The notes under the pieces are model-generated. The model was not told the origin of the DNA. It saw only the letters and a program-made list of their open reading frames with translations, and did not search any database. The translations under genes were made by a program, and so were the position numbers. Shown here piece by piece: positions 24,651 through 37,300 of a DNA stretch of 46,549 nucleotides. The stretch comes from Seison nebaliae (taxonomy: Eukaryota), in the NCBI GenBank assembly GCA_023231475.1, contig JALJEE010002929.1, positions 1-46,549 on the forward strand. Reading direction: 5' to 3'. How positions within the stretch are numbered: the stretch's first letter is position 1; every line of letters begins with the position of its first letter.

Positions 24651-27427
24651 TCAATGTAGTATTTTCTTCCGATCATAAGTCGTGTCAGATAAGAGTGACA
24701 TAAGATTCATAGTCGACTCTTTGTCGTTCGGTTTCATCGGTGGCAAATAAAGATTTGCCACGATATCATGATATCGTTTCAGTAAACTATTATTCGATAT
24801 TAGAAGATTCTCATTTAAAAACATTTTAACTTTTCACTTTGAGGTAGTTCTGAAATTTTTTCTTCGATTTCTTGTTCATGAAAAATATCTCCGAAAACTC
24901 TGAGACATTTTTTAGCGATTGATGAAACTCTCACATCCTTCGAAATCTAATTATAAATTAAATTAGTTTCCACATTTAATTTCAATTGACAATTTAACAG
25001 CAAATAAGAAGATAAGTGGAAGTATTTTCGGAATGAATTTTGGAAAGTGAACTTCATATGAATCATTCATCCATTGGAAAACCTGAAGTGGAATATTATT
25101 AGTTATATTATTATAACACAAAAAACTGAAAAAATAATTTACAAGTTTGCTAAATGACTCAAATAAGACATTCAAATCTGATACTCGATATTGGGCGTCA
25201 CTCGAAATTCCAGGTAGACGATGAACTTGAACTTTGCTATTCAAACTATTAAAACTTCCCAATGGTTGTAAATCTGGAAAAATGATTAGACAAGTATAAT
25301 AATAATATTAATAATAATAATATAAATAATTTTTAAAACCGTTCTCCATTTGTTCATCAGAGGAATGTCTTTCCGCTTTATAAAACATGTCGATCGCACT
25401 ATTGAGAGTGAGTCCATGAATATCTTCATAAATTATTATTGTTGCATTCGTTCCAGCCTAATAATAATTTATTTCTTTTAAAAGGAAATTGAACTGTAAA
25501 TAATTTGTCTAATTTATCAATATTTTCTTCGGTGAGTGTGAGATGTTGAGGAAGATTTCTTAAGATGTTCAATCCTCCGTCAACTGCCATCACTTTATCA
25601 ATAACGTTCTCATCTTCGATTCCAATCGAATTCCTCCAATTCGCAAACTGTAAAACTGTAAATTCTGTCATATAATTTAAAAAAAATTATTTAACTGAAG
25701 CTCGTTCATCTTTAATGTGGAAGAATCTTCGTAGTTGTCGATAAACTTTACTGAATTCTTCTTGATCTTCGTAAGTCTGAGAAAGAATGACTATACATTT
25801 GGCCGCTCCATACCGCAGTTGAGAATCATCATTCGATGTTAAAATGAAGAGAATCGGAAAGAATTTTAAAGTGATTTCATCAGTTATGAGAAATTTCTTT
25901 AGAGTCGATCGATTGGCATGTCCTTTCTTTTCGTAGATGATATGAACTCCATTTAGAATGGCAAGTTTCGATCCATTCGTATGTGTTTCACTCTTGAGAA
26001 TGGAGAGAGTGGCCTCAACAATAATATCGATGAAATGTTTCAATTGTTTAGTAGTCATGAGGAGGATCATATGACAAAAAGCGTTACACGCTGAATCTTG
26101 AGTAGACTCATTTTTACTTAATGTCAATCGCAGAATTAAATCGATTAATAATCGAATTTTCTCATCTTCCCATAATTCGAAATTCATATAATCTTTCGTT
26201 TCTTGAATTCCAGCTAATAATTGCCATGCTTCATTACCATAAATTCGGACGTTATCTGTTATATGTGACCGATTGATGAATAGAGGACAACACATTTTCT
26301 GTGCTAATTTCACCAGCAAATCACTTCGACTCACAGCCGAATGTTTCTTTTGAATTTCTTGAAGTTCTTTTGGTAATTTAGTTTTCATTAAATTTCGATT
26401 ACCATCTAAAATTCGTACAAGTGATCGAATAGTTTTAACTGCAGCTACTCGTATCATCGTCCAATCTTCGAGGAGAGCTTTACTGATGAGATCTAATGTT
26501 TGATTGAATTTCTTCAGAAATGGATTTATGTTCATATAAAATTGATATTCTTCATCACTTAAAATGAAAGGAGCATACGGTATACTTAATCGTTGACCAC
26601 TTGCTATTTGTGTCATTTCTCCTATCGATAAGGAAGCATAGAGACTCGATCGTCTCAATCGATCTTCTTCAATCAATGACGAGTCGATTATTGAACAAAT
26701 TATACGAATTGCTTCTAATGAAATCTCTCTGACATAACGATTCGGATTAGACATACTATAAACCACAGTTCTGTAAAATAGACAATTATCTGCATCTTCT
26801 TCTGACTGATTGCCGAAATGTATCAAAATTTTCCTTTCTAATATTTCAATCATTTTCATCATTAATCTAACATAATAACATAACGATTAAAGTTCATTGA
26901 AAATAAGAGATTATTAACTTATAGGCATATTCCACATGCTTGATAATAGTACCACCACCATCATCTGTATTGTTCAAATGCTCTTGAACACTCAACAACA
27001 AAGTTTGTTCGATAATCTCATAAATGACAATTCCACTAATTCTCACTAATTCAACGAGAACAAAACGAAGAATTCCACGAAGCGACTGAGTCGGATTAGT
27101 GAGAAGTGTATTACCTGAAGATATTCGACCATAACTAATGTTTCCAGTTCTACTTATCGTATTCATCGGTTGCAATTTCAAACATGCATAACATACATCC
27201 TTATGATATTCGAGATCATCCTTTTCCTGATTAATCACCACATTAATAACATGGAGAGCACCAAACTTTTTTTGGACACTTACTGATTCTTCTTTGATTG
27301 TGACGAGAGCAGCCAATTTCACTTCATCCATATATTTCTTGTCATTATTTAAGTCTTTCGATAAGTTCAACAAGATTTGATCACGACGCTGTTTCGTACA
27401 ATTAGAAATGTCTCCAAAAATTTCCAT
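24651..27427 (-). CDS. HEAT/ARM-repeat protein, paralog A (about 8 exons)
   Basis: HEAT-like helices 'NPNRYVREISLEAI', 'DWTMIRVAAVKTI', 'DDSQLRYGAAKCI'. Continuous frame after removal of 7 short introns, ending at TGA 24651-24653. Confidence 0.75.
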
Positions 27428-27585
27428 AATACTTAAAATGAACGAGTCCTATTTCAAAGTGTTCGGATTAAGTTGAAAATCGAAAATTGACAATTGAAAT
27501 TTATTTTTATTTGAAATTACTAATCAAATCTAAAATGAAAAATTGTTTCATAAGGAAAGTTGATGGGTAGAAAGTAGAAGGAGAG

Positions 27586-30363
27586 TTAAATGTCCAATGT
27601 GGATTCCTGATCATTGACTACTGGTAGAGCAACTAATAAAGTAGTTTGCAGTTCATTATTTATTGAGATTAATCTATCAAATATCTCAGAAAGAAGTTGG
27701 AAAAAACTAATAAACTTTTCAGAATGTGGCAATTTCTTTAATTCACTTTCCACATTTGATTGTCCGAATTCGATGTTAAGTCTCTTGGCTGTTCGTTTAG
27801 CTGAAAGACTTACTTTCGGATCGTCATAATTCTAAATTTTTTTTTGTATTTCATTTTATTAGAGAATACACAAAATTTGGTTAACTATCAAAATAAAGAC
27901 GATTGGTATTATTCGTTTATAATATTTGGGAAAGTTCTTTTTATAACATTCAGAAAGCCATTGTGCTAACTAAGAAATTGAGGAGAACTATTTCTAAAGT
28001 GAATTTGAAACTAAAATAACCATAAGACAAAACGATTCGAAGAGCACACTAATTTCAGTTATCTTAAAATTCCCAGAAATGGTAACTGCTTTCTGATAAT
28101 TTTGTTCTAATTTCTCATTCATTTCTCCAACATCTTAGGATTAGGAGAATGAATTTCAAATTATCATTATGATGTTTAACCGTTTCCTTTTGCAATTTCA
28201 AGTACTTCTATATTACTTCTTCCTCGATTTAATTTTTCTTGTAGTGCGAATATTTCATCGAAAATGTCGCCAAACTTTTTCTTCGGATAAAATGCATGAA
28301 GATAAATTCGTTCGATTAGAGAAATGGAATGCTAAAAAAAAATTTAGTAAGAAAATAAGAAAAGACCGAACAGCTAAAATAGTGTCGAGAGCTGTCGTAT
28401 GTTTATTTAATTTGGGTAGATAACAGGGAATTTCTCGTTGTATCCGAATTGTCCCATCGATCTCATTAATCAATTTCGCTTCTTGTTCCTTTTTTATACT
28501 TAATGAGTAAATGTTATAAATAGAAAGATTAACTGGTTTTATGGTGTAGATCATTGTCATATGATGGTTAAGTATAGTAAATGTATCAATAGTATCATAA
28601 GTACAGATGATGAGAGTGATGGTATTTGCGGCACCATCTCTCACATCAGAATTGCTGTGACTCAACATTTTCATTAAATTTTGCATTATATGTAAATTCT
28701 GTTTTTTCGAGATTGGTGCAATGTTGCTACTTTTATCAGTATTCTCTTGTTTTGTATAAACATCACCGATTGTCGTAATGAGAGCGATGATACATCCAGG
28801 TGTGTAATTATCATAACTCTTTAAAACATTTAAACAATTTTGAATGATCAAATTCAACATTTCACTATCAATATTAAATTTACATTTATTCATCACATTC
28901 TCCACACCGATCGCTACACTTTCTAGAACGGCTTCTGATGCTTTCGGTAATTCGGTAATTAAAATCTTGACTAAATGTTCGAGATCAGGAGAATCCCATT
29001 CATAAATATCTTTCAAATGATCGAGTTCGATTAATAATTCCCAAATTTCTCTCGCCGCATAACGAACCATATCAGTAATGAAGAAAGTGTTTTGATATAA
29101 AGGAAATTTTACTTTTTTAGTAATCAATTCTAGAACTTTTGGCACAGCGATTTTGTGGACACTATCCTTAAACTTCTTCTCATAATTAACAGATAAAGCG
29201 AGATTGTCAGGTCGATCAGTACGATCATCTAAAAACTGAATTAACGTTTTTAATGCTCTCAATGATGATAATCGGATATTGATCCATTCATTATTCATCG
29301 ATGATTCACTGATATCGATGAAGGTATTGAGATCTTTGAGAATTGGATGAATTGCTCGGAAGAATGTCACTTCTTTCATCGATAACCGTTTATGTGGTGC
29401 TGATATCATTGTCGATATTCTTCCCAAATGTGAACGATGTGACGTCCTTCCTGTAAATCCACTCAATACTGATTTCTTACTTGCAGCAGAAACAGTCGAA
29501 TTAGTTTTATCACTTCTCATTTCTGGAGTAGTAATCAACAACAAGTTTCTGAGACAAACCAATCCCGTATCTTTCACATATCGATTCTCACATAAACAAG
29601 CATTCATCAAACTTTTATATAAGCCACTCGGTTGCTTCTTGTTTGCCATATGGATAATAAGATCATAATCTAACATTAACATCATCTTTTCAATTAATCT
29701 GATAGTTTCTAAGAAATGGAGAATAAAGACAATCATTCCTAACTTTAAAAGAAATTCCACATCAGGATAAGCATGAGCGGACGACTATTGAAGAAATAAG
29801 AAATTTTTAATATCCCTAAAATATTAACATGAACGGAAATCTTATTTTTCGCTGATAAATTATTATCGATCGTTCGACAAACACTCGGTTCCATACTGAC
29901 AAACATGTCCATTCCACCAACTTCTACTAAATGTGTAACTAAACTACCTAAAAAAAAATGAAGAAATTTCATTTAACTGTTACTATTAGGAAAGTTAACG
30001 AATGATTCCTTTAAATCTCTTCTTTGGTGTTAGTAGTACATTAATATCTGGTCTCGTTTCAGTTTCTTTTTCGAAATCTTTTTCTAACAAAACTTTCAAT
30101 GCAACGATCATTATTTTTTCAAGACTATGATTCGCCTTTTGGAACTCTTCCAGGAGAACGTCAAAGAAACAAGCAGCACCATAAACCTCCTCAATTGTGG
30201 CATGTTTATTAGAAAACATCTCCATGGAAATTTTGTAAAATTCCTTCAGAATTGAAGAATCGTTTGTTGCGATTTTGCGAACATCGGACAATTTCTCCCG
30301 TCGTTCATTTGGTTTCATCTCATAAAGTGTAGTGATTTTCCCACGCACATCTTCATTAGACAT
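27586..30363 (-). CDS. HEAT/ARM-repeat protein, paralog B (about 9 exons)
   Basis: 'ENRYVKDTGL', 'EWINIRLSSLRAL', 'SNSDVRDGAANTI'. Colinear similarity and shared intron positions with paralog A. Confidence 0.75.
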
Positions 30364-30491
30364 TTCGTTTTATTTACAATTTAAAAAAAAAATTTTCCAA
30401 TTGATATGGCGAAAAATAAAAGGAATTAAAGAGAGAGAGAGAGAAAGAGAAAGGACTATTTGGACGAACACGAATCAAAATAAAATTCGAT

Positions 30492-33400
30492 TTAGATTGA
30501 GCATTTAATTCGGAATTGAGAATTAAATGATGATCGAATTGCTGAATTTATTTCTTCAGAAATGTCAATTTGTTCGAGATTAAAATTAAAATCTTTTGGT
30601 TTCTCTTCAATTTTATTCTCGGAAAATCTTTCAATTTCCAACAATTCGTCCAATTCTTTATTCTCTTCAACAATTCTATCATGCAAAACATTTGATGTCA
30701 TTCTCTGTAAATAAGAGGGAAGATGCATTTTATGTGGAATTAGTGTCGATGAAATTGTTGGAATATCCTCCAACCACAATCCAAAAAGATTTCGACCATA
30801 ATGACGATTTATTAACGGAAATTGATAGAAATGAGAACAAGTTGCAAATGATTGATCTGGATCAATTATTTCTCGATTAAAAATTCCTCGACTTGATGTT
30901 TCTTCTTCTAGATTGAGATATGATTCCATATCGATTCCATATTTGCATGAAATCGAATAGAATTGATGGAGAATGATTAGAAGACTAAATGGATTCTCTT
31001 GTAAGAGAGCAATGTCGAAGAGACGATGAAGGAAAGCCATTAAGCGGTCCGATTGATTATTTGTTCGATTTCGATATTGAAATAATTGACCTATAATTCG
31101 GATAATTATCACCAACAAATTCTCTTGATTTTCTTGTTGGAGATCGTTGTAGAAAGGATGATTACAAGCAGATAATGCATATTCTTCTACAAAGTTCGAT
31201 GGAACATGATGCACATAACATAGAGATGAGAATCGATATAAATGACTTATAATTCTTTGGGGATCGAAACGAAACATATTTGTCATCGATGATTGATTCT
31301 GCCACAATAAAATTATTGTTTCGATACAATGCAAACAAGATGTCACTGATAGAACATGCTCTTCCATATTACTACTATTATGTCGATATATATCATTGGT
31401 GTAAACATTCAATTTCCTTTCGATCATATCTTTCACATTCTTCCCACCATCCACCTTCCACATTTCTTTCGTTTGTTTCTCCACCATCATCTGTTGACGA
31501 TGAAGAGCCAAACACAGAATATTCACAATATCTCCATAATATTCAACATTGATCAAATGAGAGAATCTATAAAGGATTATATATTGAATTATATATAAAA
31601 TCAAAGTTTAGGAAAATGTCAAGTAATTTTGGAAAATTAAATTTTTGTTTAATGAAAATATTAAATAATGTTATATTATCTATTTCAACTCAAAAACGAT
31701 TTAGATGAGAAGAAATAAAGAATGATATGAAAATAATTTCCGCAATTTTTGACACTGTAGAAGGACATTAGTCGATCAATCCTAATCAGTAACACTAAAT
31801 TGCGATGAAAAAAATATACATATAAATTTTAACTTTCTTAATCCTTTAAGGATGGAAGCCAATAAAATTGATTTATTATCATTCTTCAGTATATGAAAAT
31901 AAACTAAAAATATCTTCTCCAAAATTTTCGTGTGCTGAAAATGAACAAAATGAAATAATTAGAAATAATTATTTTAAAGAAAGAAAAACATTTTGAATTT
32001 TCTTCTTTTGTTTCGTTTCGATATTCTTTTCAATCAATTCTTCTTGAGTCTTCCTTAATCGTTTCATTTCCTATTGAAATTAGCTCATTGAAATTATTAA
32101 ATTATATGATGAAAATGAAACTCTTCTATTTTTGCGGGAAGCTGATTTCTCTTTATCTTTCAATTTCACATTCTCCGTTTTCCTTTCACGTTTCATCAAT
32201 CGTTCTTCTTCTGTTGGACATGCATCCACTGAACAATATGAGAAGATTTCGATTAATTCTTTCGAAACATTGTAATTTCTATTCTTACATAAATGTACCA
32301 GAATGTTAACGATAGCGAGTGATAACTCACCCGTTTCATCATCAACTAAATAACTCCTCAAATAATTTCCAACGATCGTTCTTATCTAGAATATAATAAA
32401 ATTAATTTGTATAATCAAAATTCTTTCATAAATAATTCGAATGTTTTTCATTTCAAACAAATTCTTTTTTATGAAGACAAATAAAAGAATCTATTGAATA
32501 ATGAGATGAAAAATGAGATAATGTAGTTCCTTGTTGACTCCATAGAGACATCGGATATCAGTCAAATGGGAAACACTAGGAACAATAAACAAAAGAAATA
32601 ATTGGAAATCGAACGAACTTCAGTTGACGAATGTCCCATTTTTGTGGCGAAAATGATGATGACATTATTGATATAATTGAAATGAGAGAGATGTAACAAA
32701 ATTTCTCCATAACATTTCAACGCCATTATTTGTAATTTCTACTTGATGAAAATTAAATGAAATTGAGAATTAAAAGAAGAAACTTTAGAAGTTTTCATTG
32801 ATAAATTCTTTTCAAGAATTTCCAGATATTGTTGATATGATGAAAGTAAATGTTCTTCATACTCTCGAAATTCTTTCGTCATTTTCTTCATTCGCTGATC
32901 TAATTCTTTCTCAGTATATTGTCGAATACGATAAGAAGGTAAAATGTCTTTAAATATTTCAACGAGAGAAATACAGGCATATTGTCGAATGATAACCATC
33001 GTATCCTTATTTTTATCATTCCCATAAGATAACAAATTAGTTAATCGTTCCACATTCTTTTCAGGATTGCTGATAATCGATTTACTTAAAAATGATATTT
33101 CTTCTTTTGCTTTTTCTACCAATTTTCGACGATATCGTAATCGTTCCATCGGTTCCATTTTCACTAGAATATCATTGATCGATTTCTTTTTATTCTTCTT
33201 TTGAGATGTAATAGAATTGATATGGTTTAAAGAATTATTATCATATTCTTCAAGTTCTTCCTCCAATTTTGTGCGATGTATTACATTTCCATCTTTACCG
33301 ATAATTGGCAATAGTAATTTTTTGAAGTTTCGTTTTCTTTTATCTAATATATCTTCATCATCATCATCATCATTAGAAGAATAAATGTTATCTTTCTCAT

Positions 33401-33560
33401 TCTCAACTTTCTTTTGATTTTTTGTTACTTTTCTTTTGAATTCTTCCAATTTCTTCTTTTGTCGTTCTCGCAATTTCTCCGTTTTCTCTTTTTTTATTGT
33501 TTTGTGTTTTCTCTGATTCAACTTATTCTGCTTCTTCACCACACTCAATGACTTTACCAT
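30492..33560 (-). CDS. NOC3L: Nucleolar complex protein 3 homolog (multi-exon)
   Basis: 'ISLVEIFKDILPSYRIR', 'FREYEEHLLSSYQQYLEILEK', 'DETGELSLAIV', CBF-region 'FSHLINVEYYGDI'. Middle exons were not fully traced. Confidence 0.88.
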
Positions 33561-34314
33561 TCTTCTTGTATCTTATGTATGGATGACTATACAAATTGAT
33601 TGAAGATACAAAATATAAATATTAGAATGATATAAAATGAATGAACATGTGCTGAAATGAAATGAAGTGAAATAGATTAAGCTGAGTTTTTCAATTTGGA
33701 GAATTTTGAAAAAAGACTCAATGAATTGAGAGAAGTGGAACATGGTCAATCATTCGATACTAAGCCGTTAGCAAATGGTGCCATTGTGTTTCAACACGAC
33801 AAATCCACATATCTTACTATACAATAATCTCTTATAGAACGACATTGATTACATTCTTCCTCCCCACTTCCTCAATACATATATATGCAGACATGGGAAT
33901 ATATTTATATATGACCAATTAGATGTGTAGTACATGACAGTCGATGGTGTCTACATCCCACTTGATATCGTCCCAACTAATTTATTTGTAATTCACATGA
34001 AACTCATAGTTTTGCTATGAGTTTTTTTCCAAAAAATTTTTATGAAGAATTTCTTCCCTGGACTTTCCTCCAACCTCATTTGGATTCTCCAAATTATTCA
34101 TATATCTTTCTATTATATAAAGAAAATACTATTTCTATGATTAAACAAAGAATTATTTTCCCTATTCTTTTTTTTTAAAGAAAGAAGTTTTTTTCTTAAA
34201 TAAACCGAAAAAGAAATGTTTTTTGTTTTGTTTTAATTATCATAATTTTAATTTAATTTATCGATATCATTTAAATTTCTTTTATTAGTAATTTAATTTA
34301 ATTTTTGTTATTAG

Positions 34315-37300
34315 ATGAGTAACGGAGATGTATTATCATCATCATCCAATTTGTATCATACAACATCATTAAGGAAAGATAATGATTTATTGGATGATAT
34401 TGTCATTTCAGGATTTTCTGGGAGATATCCCGAATGTAATAGTGTAGATGAATTTGGAGAAGCGTTATTTGCTCATAAAGATCTGATAACTGAAGATGAT
34501 CGTCGATGGCCAGTTGGATATCATGGATTACCTCGACGACATGGTAAATTGAAGGACATTCAATATTTCGATGCTTCCTTCTTTAACGTTCATCCGAAAC
34601 AGGCTGATAATATGGATCCTCAATTGAGATTATTATTGGAAGTCGTGTATGAAACGATCGTCGATGCTGGTATTGATCCAGAGAAATTAAAAGGATCAAG
34701 AACTGGAGTTTATGTGGGTGCGAGTACATCAGATGCCGCTCAAGCATTTGCAAAAGATCCGGAAAAATTATCGAAATATGGAATGACAGGTTGTGCTCAT
34801 TGTATGTTTGCTAATCGAGTGTCATTCTTCTTTGATTTTAATGGACCAAGTTATATGATTGATACGGCATGTAGTTCTAGTATGATGGCTGTCGATCAAG
34901 CAATGATGGCACTTCGAACAGGAATTTGTGATTCGGCGATTGTTGCCGGTGTCTCATTAACATTCAAAGCACAATCATCAATACAATTCAATGGACTGAA
35001 TATGTTAAGTGAATATGGAGCGTGTCGTGCTTATGATGAATCAGGCGTTGGTTATGTTAGAAGTGAAACGATTTCAGCTATGTTACTTCAAAAGAAAAGG
35101 GATTCTATCCGATATTATGCCACAATTATTCATTCGAAAAGTAATGCTGATGGAGCGAAAGAAAACGGTATTACATTTCCTAGTGGTTCTATGCAACAGA
35201 AATTGTTGAAGGAAGTTTATGAAGAATCGGAAATTCCACCAGAAAATATCGAATATGTGGAAACGCATGGAACTGGGACGAAAGCTGGAGATCCTCAAGA
35301 ACTGGGAGCTATCGCCAATATTTTCTGTAATGAGAAGAGAAATGGTGGATTATTGATCGGATCGACTAAATCGAATATGGGACATCCCGAACCAGCTAGT
35401 GGTGTGGCTGCATTGAGCAAAGTATTGATCGCTATTCAACGGAAAGAATTACCAGCAAATCTTCATTATCAGAATCCCAATAAAGATATTCCATCATTGT
35501 TAAATGGAAAATTAGTTCCAATTGTGGAGAATAAGAAATGGGAAGGTGGATTATGTGCATTGAATTCATTCGGTTTTGGAGGTGCTAATGCACATGTTCT
35601 AATGAAAGGCAATTATAATAATGAAGAGATATGGAATTCAAATGAATTAGGAATTCGATTAATCGGTTTCGCTTCTCGAACATCTGACAATTGTAAAGAA
35701 GCACTTACTCGAATTATTAAGAATGTGAAAGATGAAAAATTCAAAAAATATCAACGACAACTTGAATATCTGATTTGTGAGACGTGTCAACAATCATTGT
35801 CATTACAACCGTTTCGATCATTCGCTTTAATGAAAAATGATGACGTCGTTTATCGATCTGTTTCCAAAGCGAAAAATCTTAAACGTCCAATTTGGTTCGT
35901 ATTCTCGGGAATGGGAACACAATACAGTGGAATGGGAAAATCGATGTTAAAAATAAAAGTATTCGCTGATACGATTAGTCGATGTGCAACGGCATTAAAT
36001 ATAGTCGATATTGATTTATATGAATTAATCAATAATTCAAATGAGAAAACATTCGATGATATTATTCATTCTTTTGTCACTATTGCTGCAATTCAAGTTG
36101 CATTGACTGATACTTTATGCGCATTAGGAATCCGTCCTGATGGAATTATTGGTCATTCAGTTGGAGAATTGGGTTGTGCGTATTCCGACAATTGTTTCAC
36201 ACCGGAAGAAACGGTTCTTTGTGCATATTGGCGTGGACGATGTATCAAAGATGCCAATTTACCTGAAGGTGGAATGGCAGCTGTTGGAATGACATGGGAA
36301 GAATGTAAAATACAATGTCCGAATGGTGTTGTACCAGCATGTCATAATGCCGCACAAACAGTTACGATTAGTGGACCGAAAAAAATGATTTCGGAATATG
36401 TTGAAGAATTAAAGAAGAAAAATGTATTCGCTAAAGAAGTGTTGAGTTCGGGAATTGCTTTCCATTCATATTATATGACTGATATCGCACCGAAATTAAG
36501 AGAAGCGACAGAAAATATTGTCAAGTCCCCATATAAGAAACGATCAGAAAAATGGATATCAACTTCGATTAATTCAGATAAATGGAAAAGTGAATTAGCA
36601 TCATCAGCTTCACCGGCATATATGGCAAATAATTTATGTTCTCCTGTTCTATTTCAAGAAGGATTAAAATTCATTCCAGAGAATGCACTCGTTATTGAAA
36701 TTGCACCACATTCTTTATTACAAGCCGTTCTCAAACGAAGTTTAGATAAATCGGTTGTCTGTTTCGGATTGATGCGACGCGATAAAGAAGATAATGAATT
36801 ATATTTCTATGAACAAATCGGAAATATTTATTCTCAAGGAATTAATATTAATTTTAATGTTTTACAAAAAACACAAGTTCAATTGCCATTAGATGCGAGA
36901 ACGCCTAATATTGCTTCTTTGGTTGGTTGGGAACATATGAGAGAATGGAAAGTGCCACATTATACTGATTTCTTGACAGGAATATCGAATGATGAAGATA
37001 ATTCTTTCAATAAGAAATTATCTTTCAATTATAACATCAATTTGGAAGAAGATAAATGGAAATTTGTTTCAGGTCATCGAATTGACGGTCGAATACTATT
37101 TCCTGCAACTGGTTATCTTTGTTTGGTATGGGATGCAGTAAGTCGTTATAACGGTTACGAATCGACGGATAAATGTCCAATTCAATTTGATGAGATTTCT
37201 ATTCTTCGTGCAACCGTTCTCACTGATAGTTCAATCACATCGACAGTTGTTGACGATGTTATTTTGACAGTGAACTTGTTAGTAGGAGAGAATCGATTTG

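Noticed and set aside
30430..30450. (GA)n tract between NOC3L and HEAT B
   Set aside because: Short microsatellite; no evidence of function from sequence alone.
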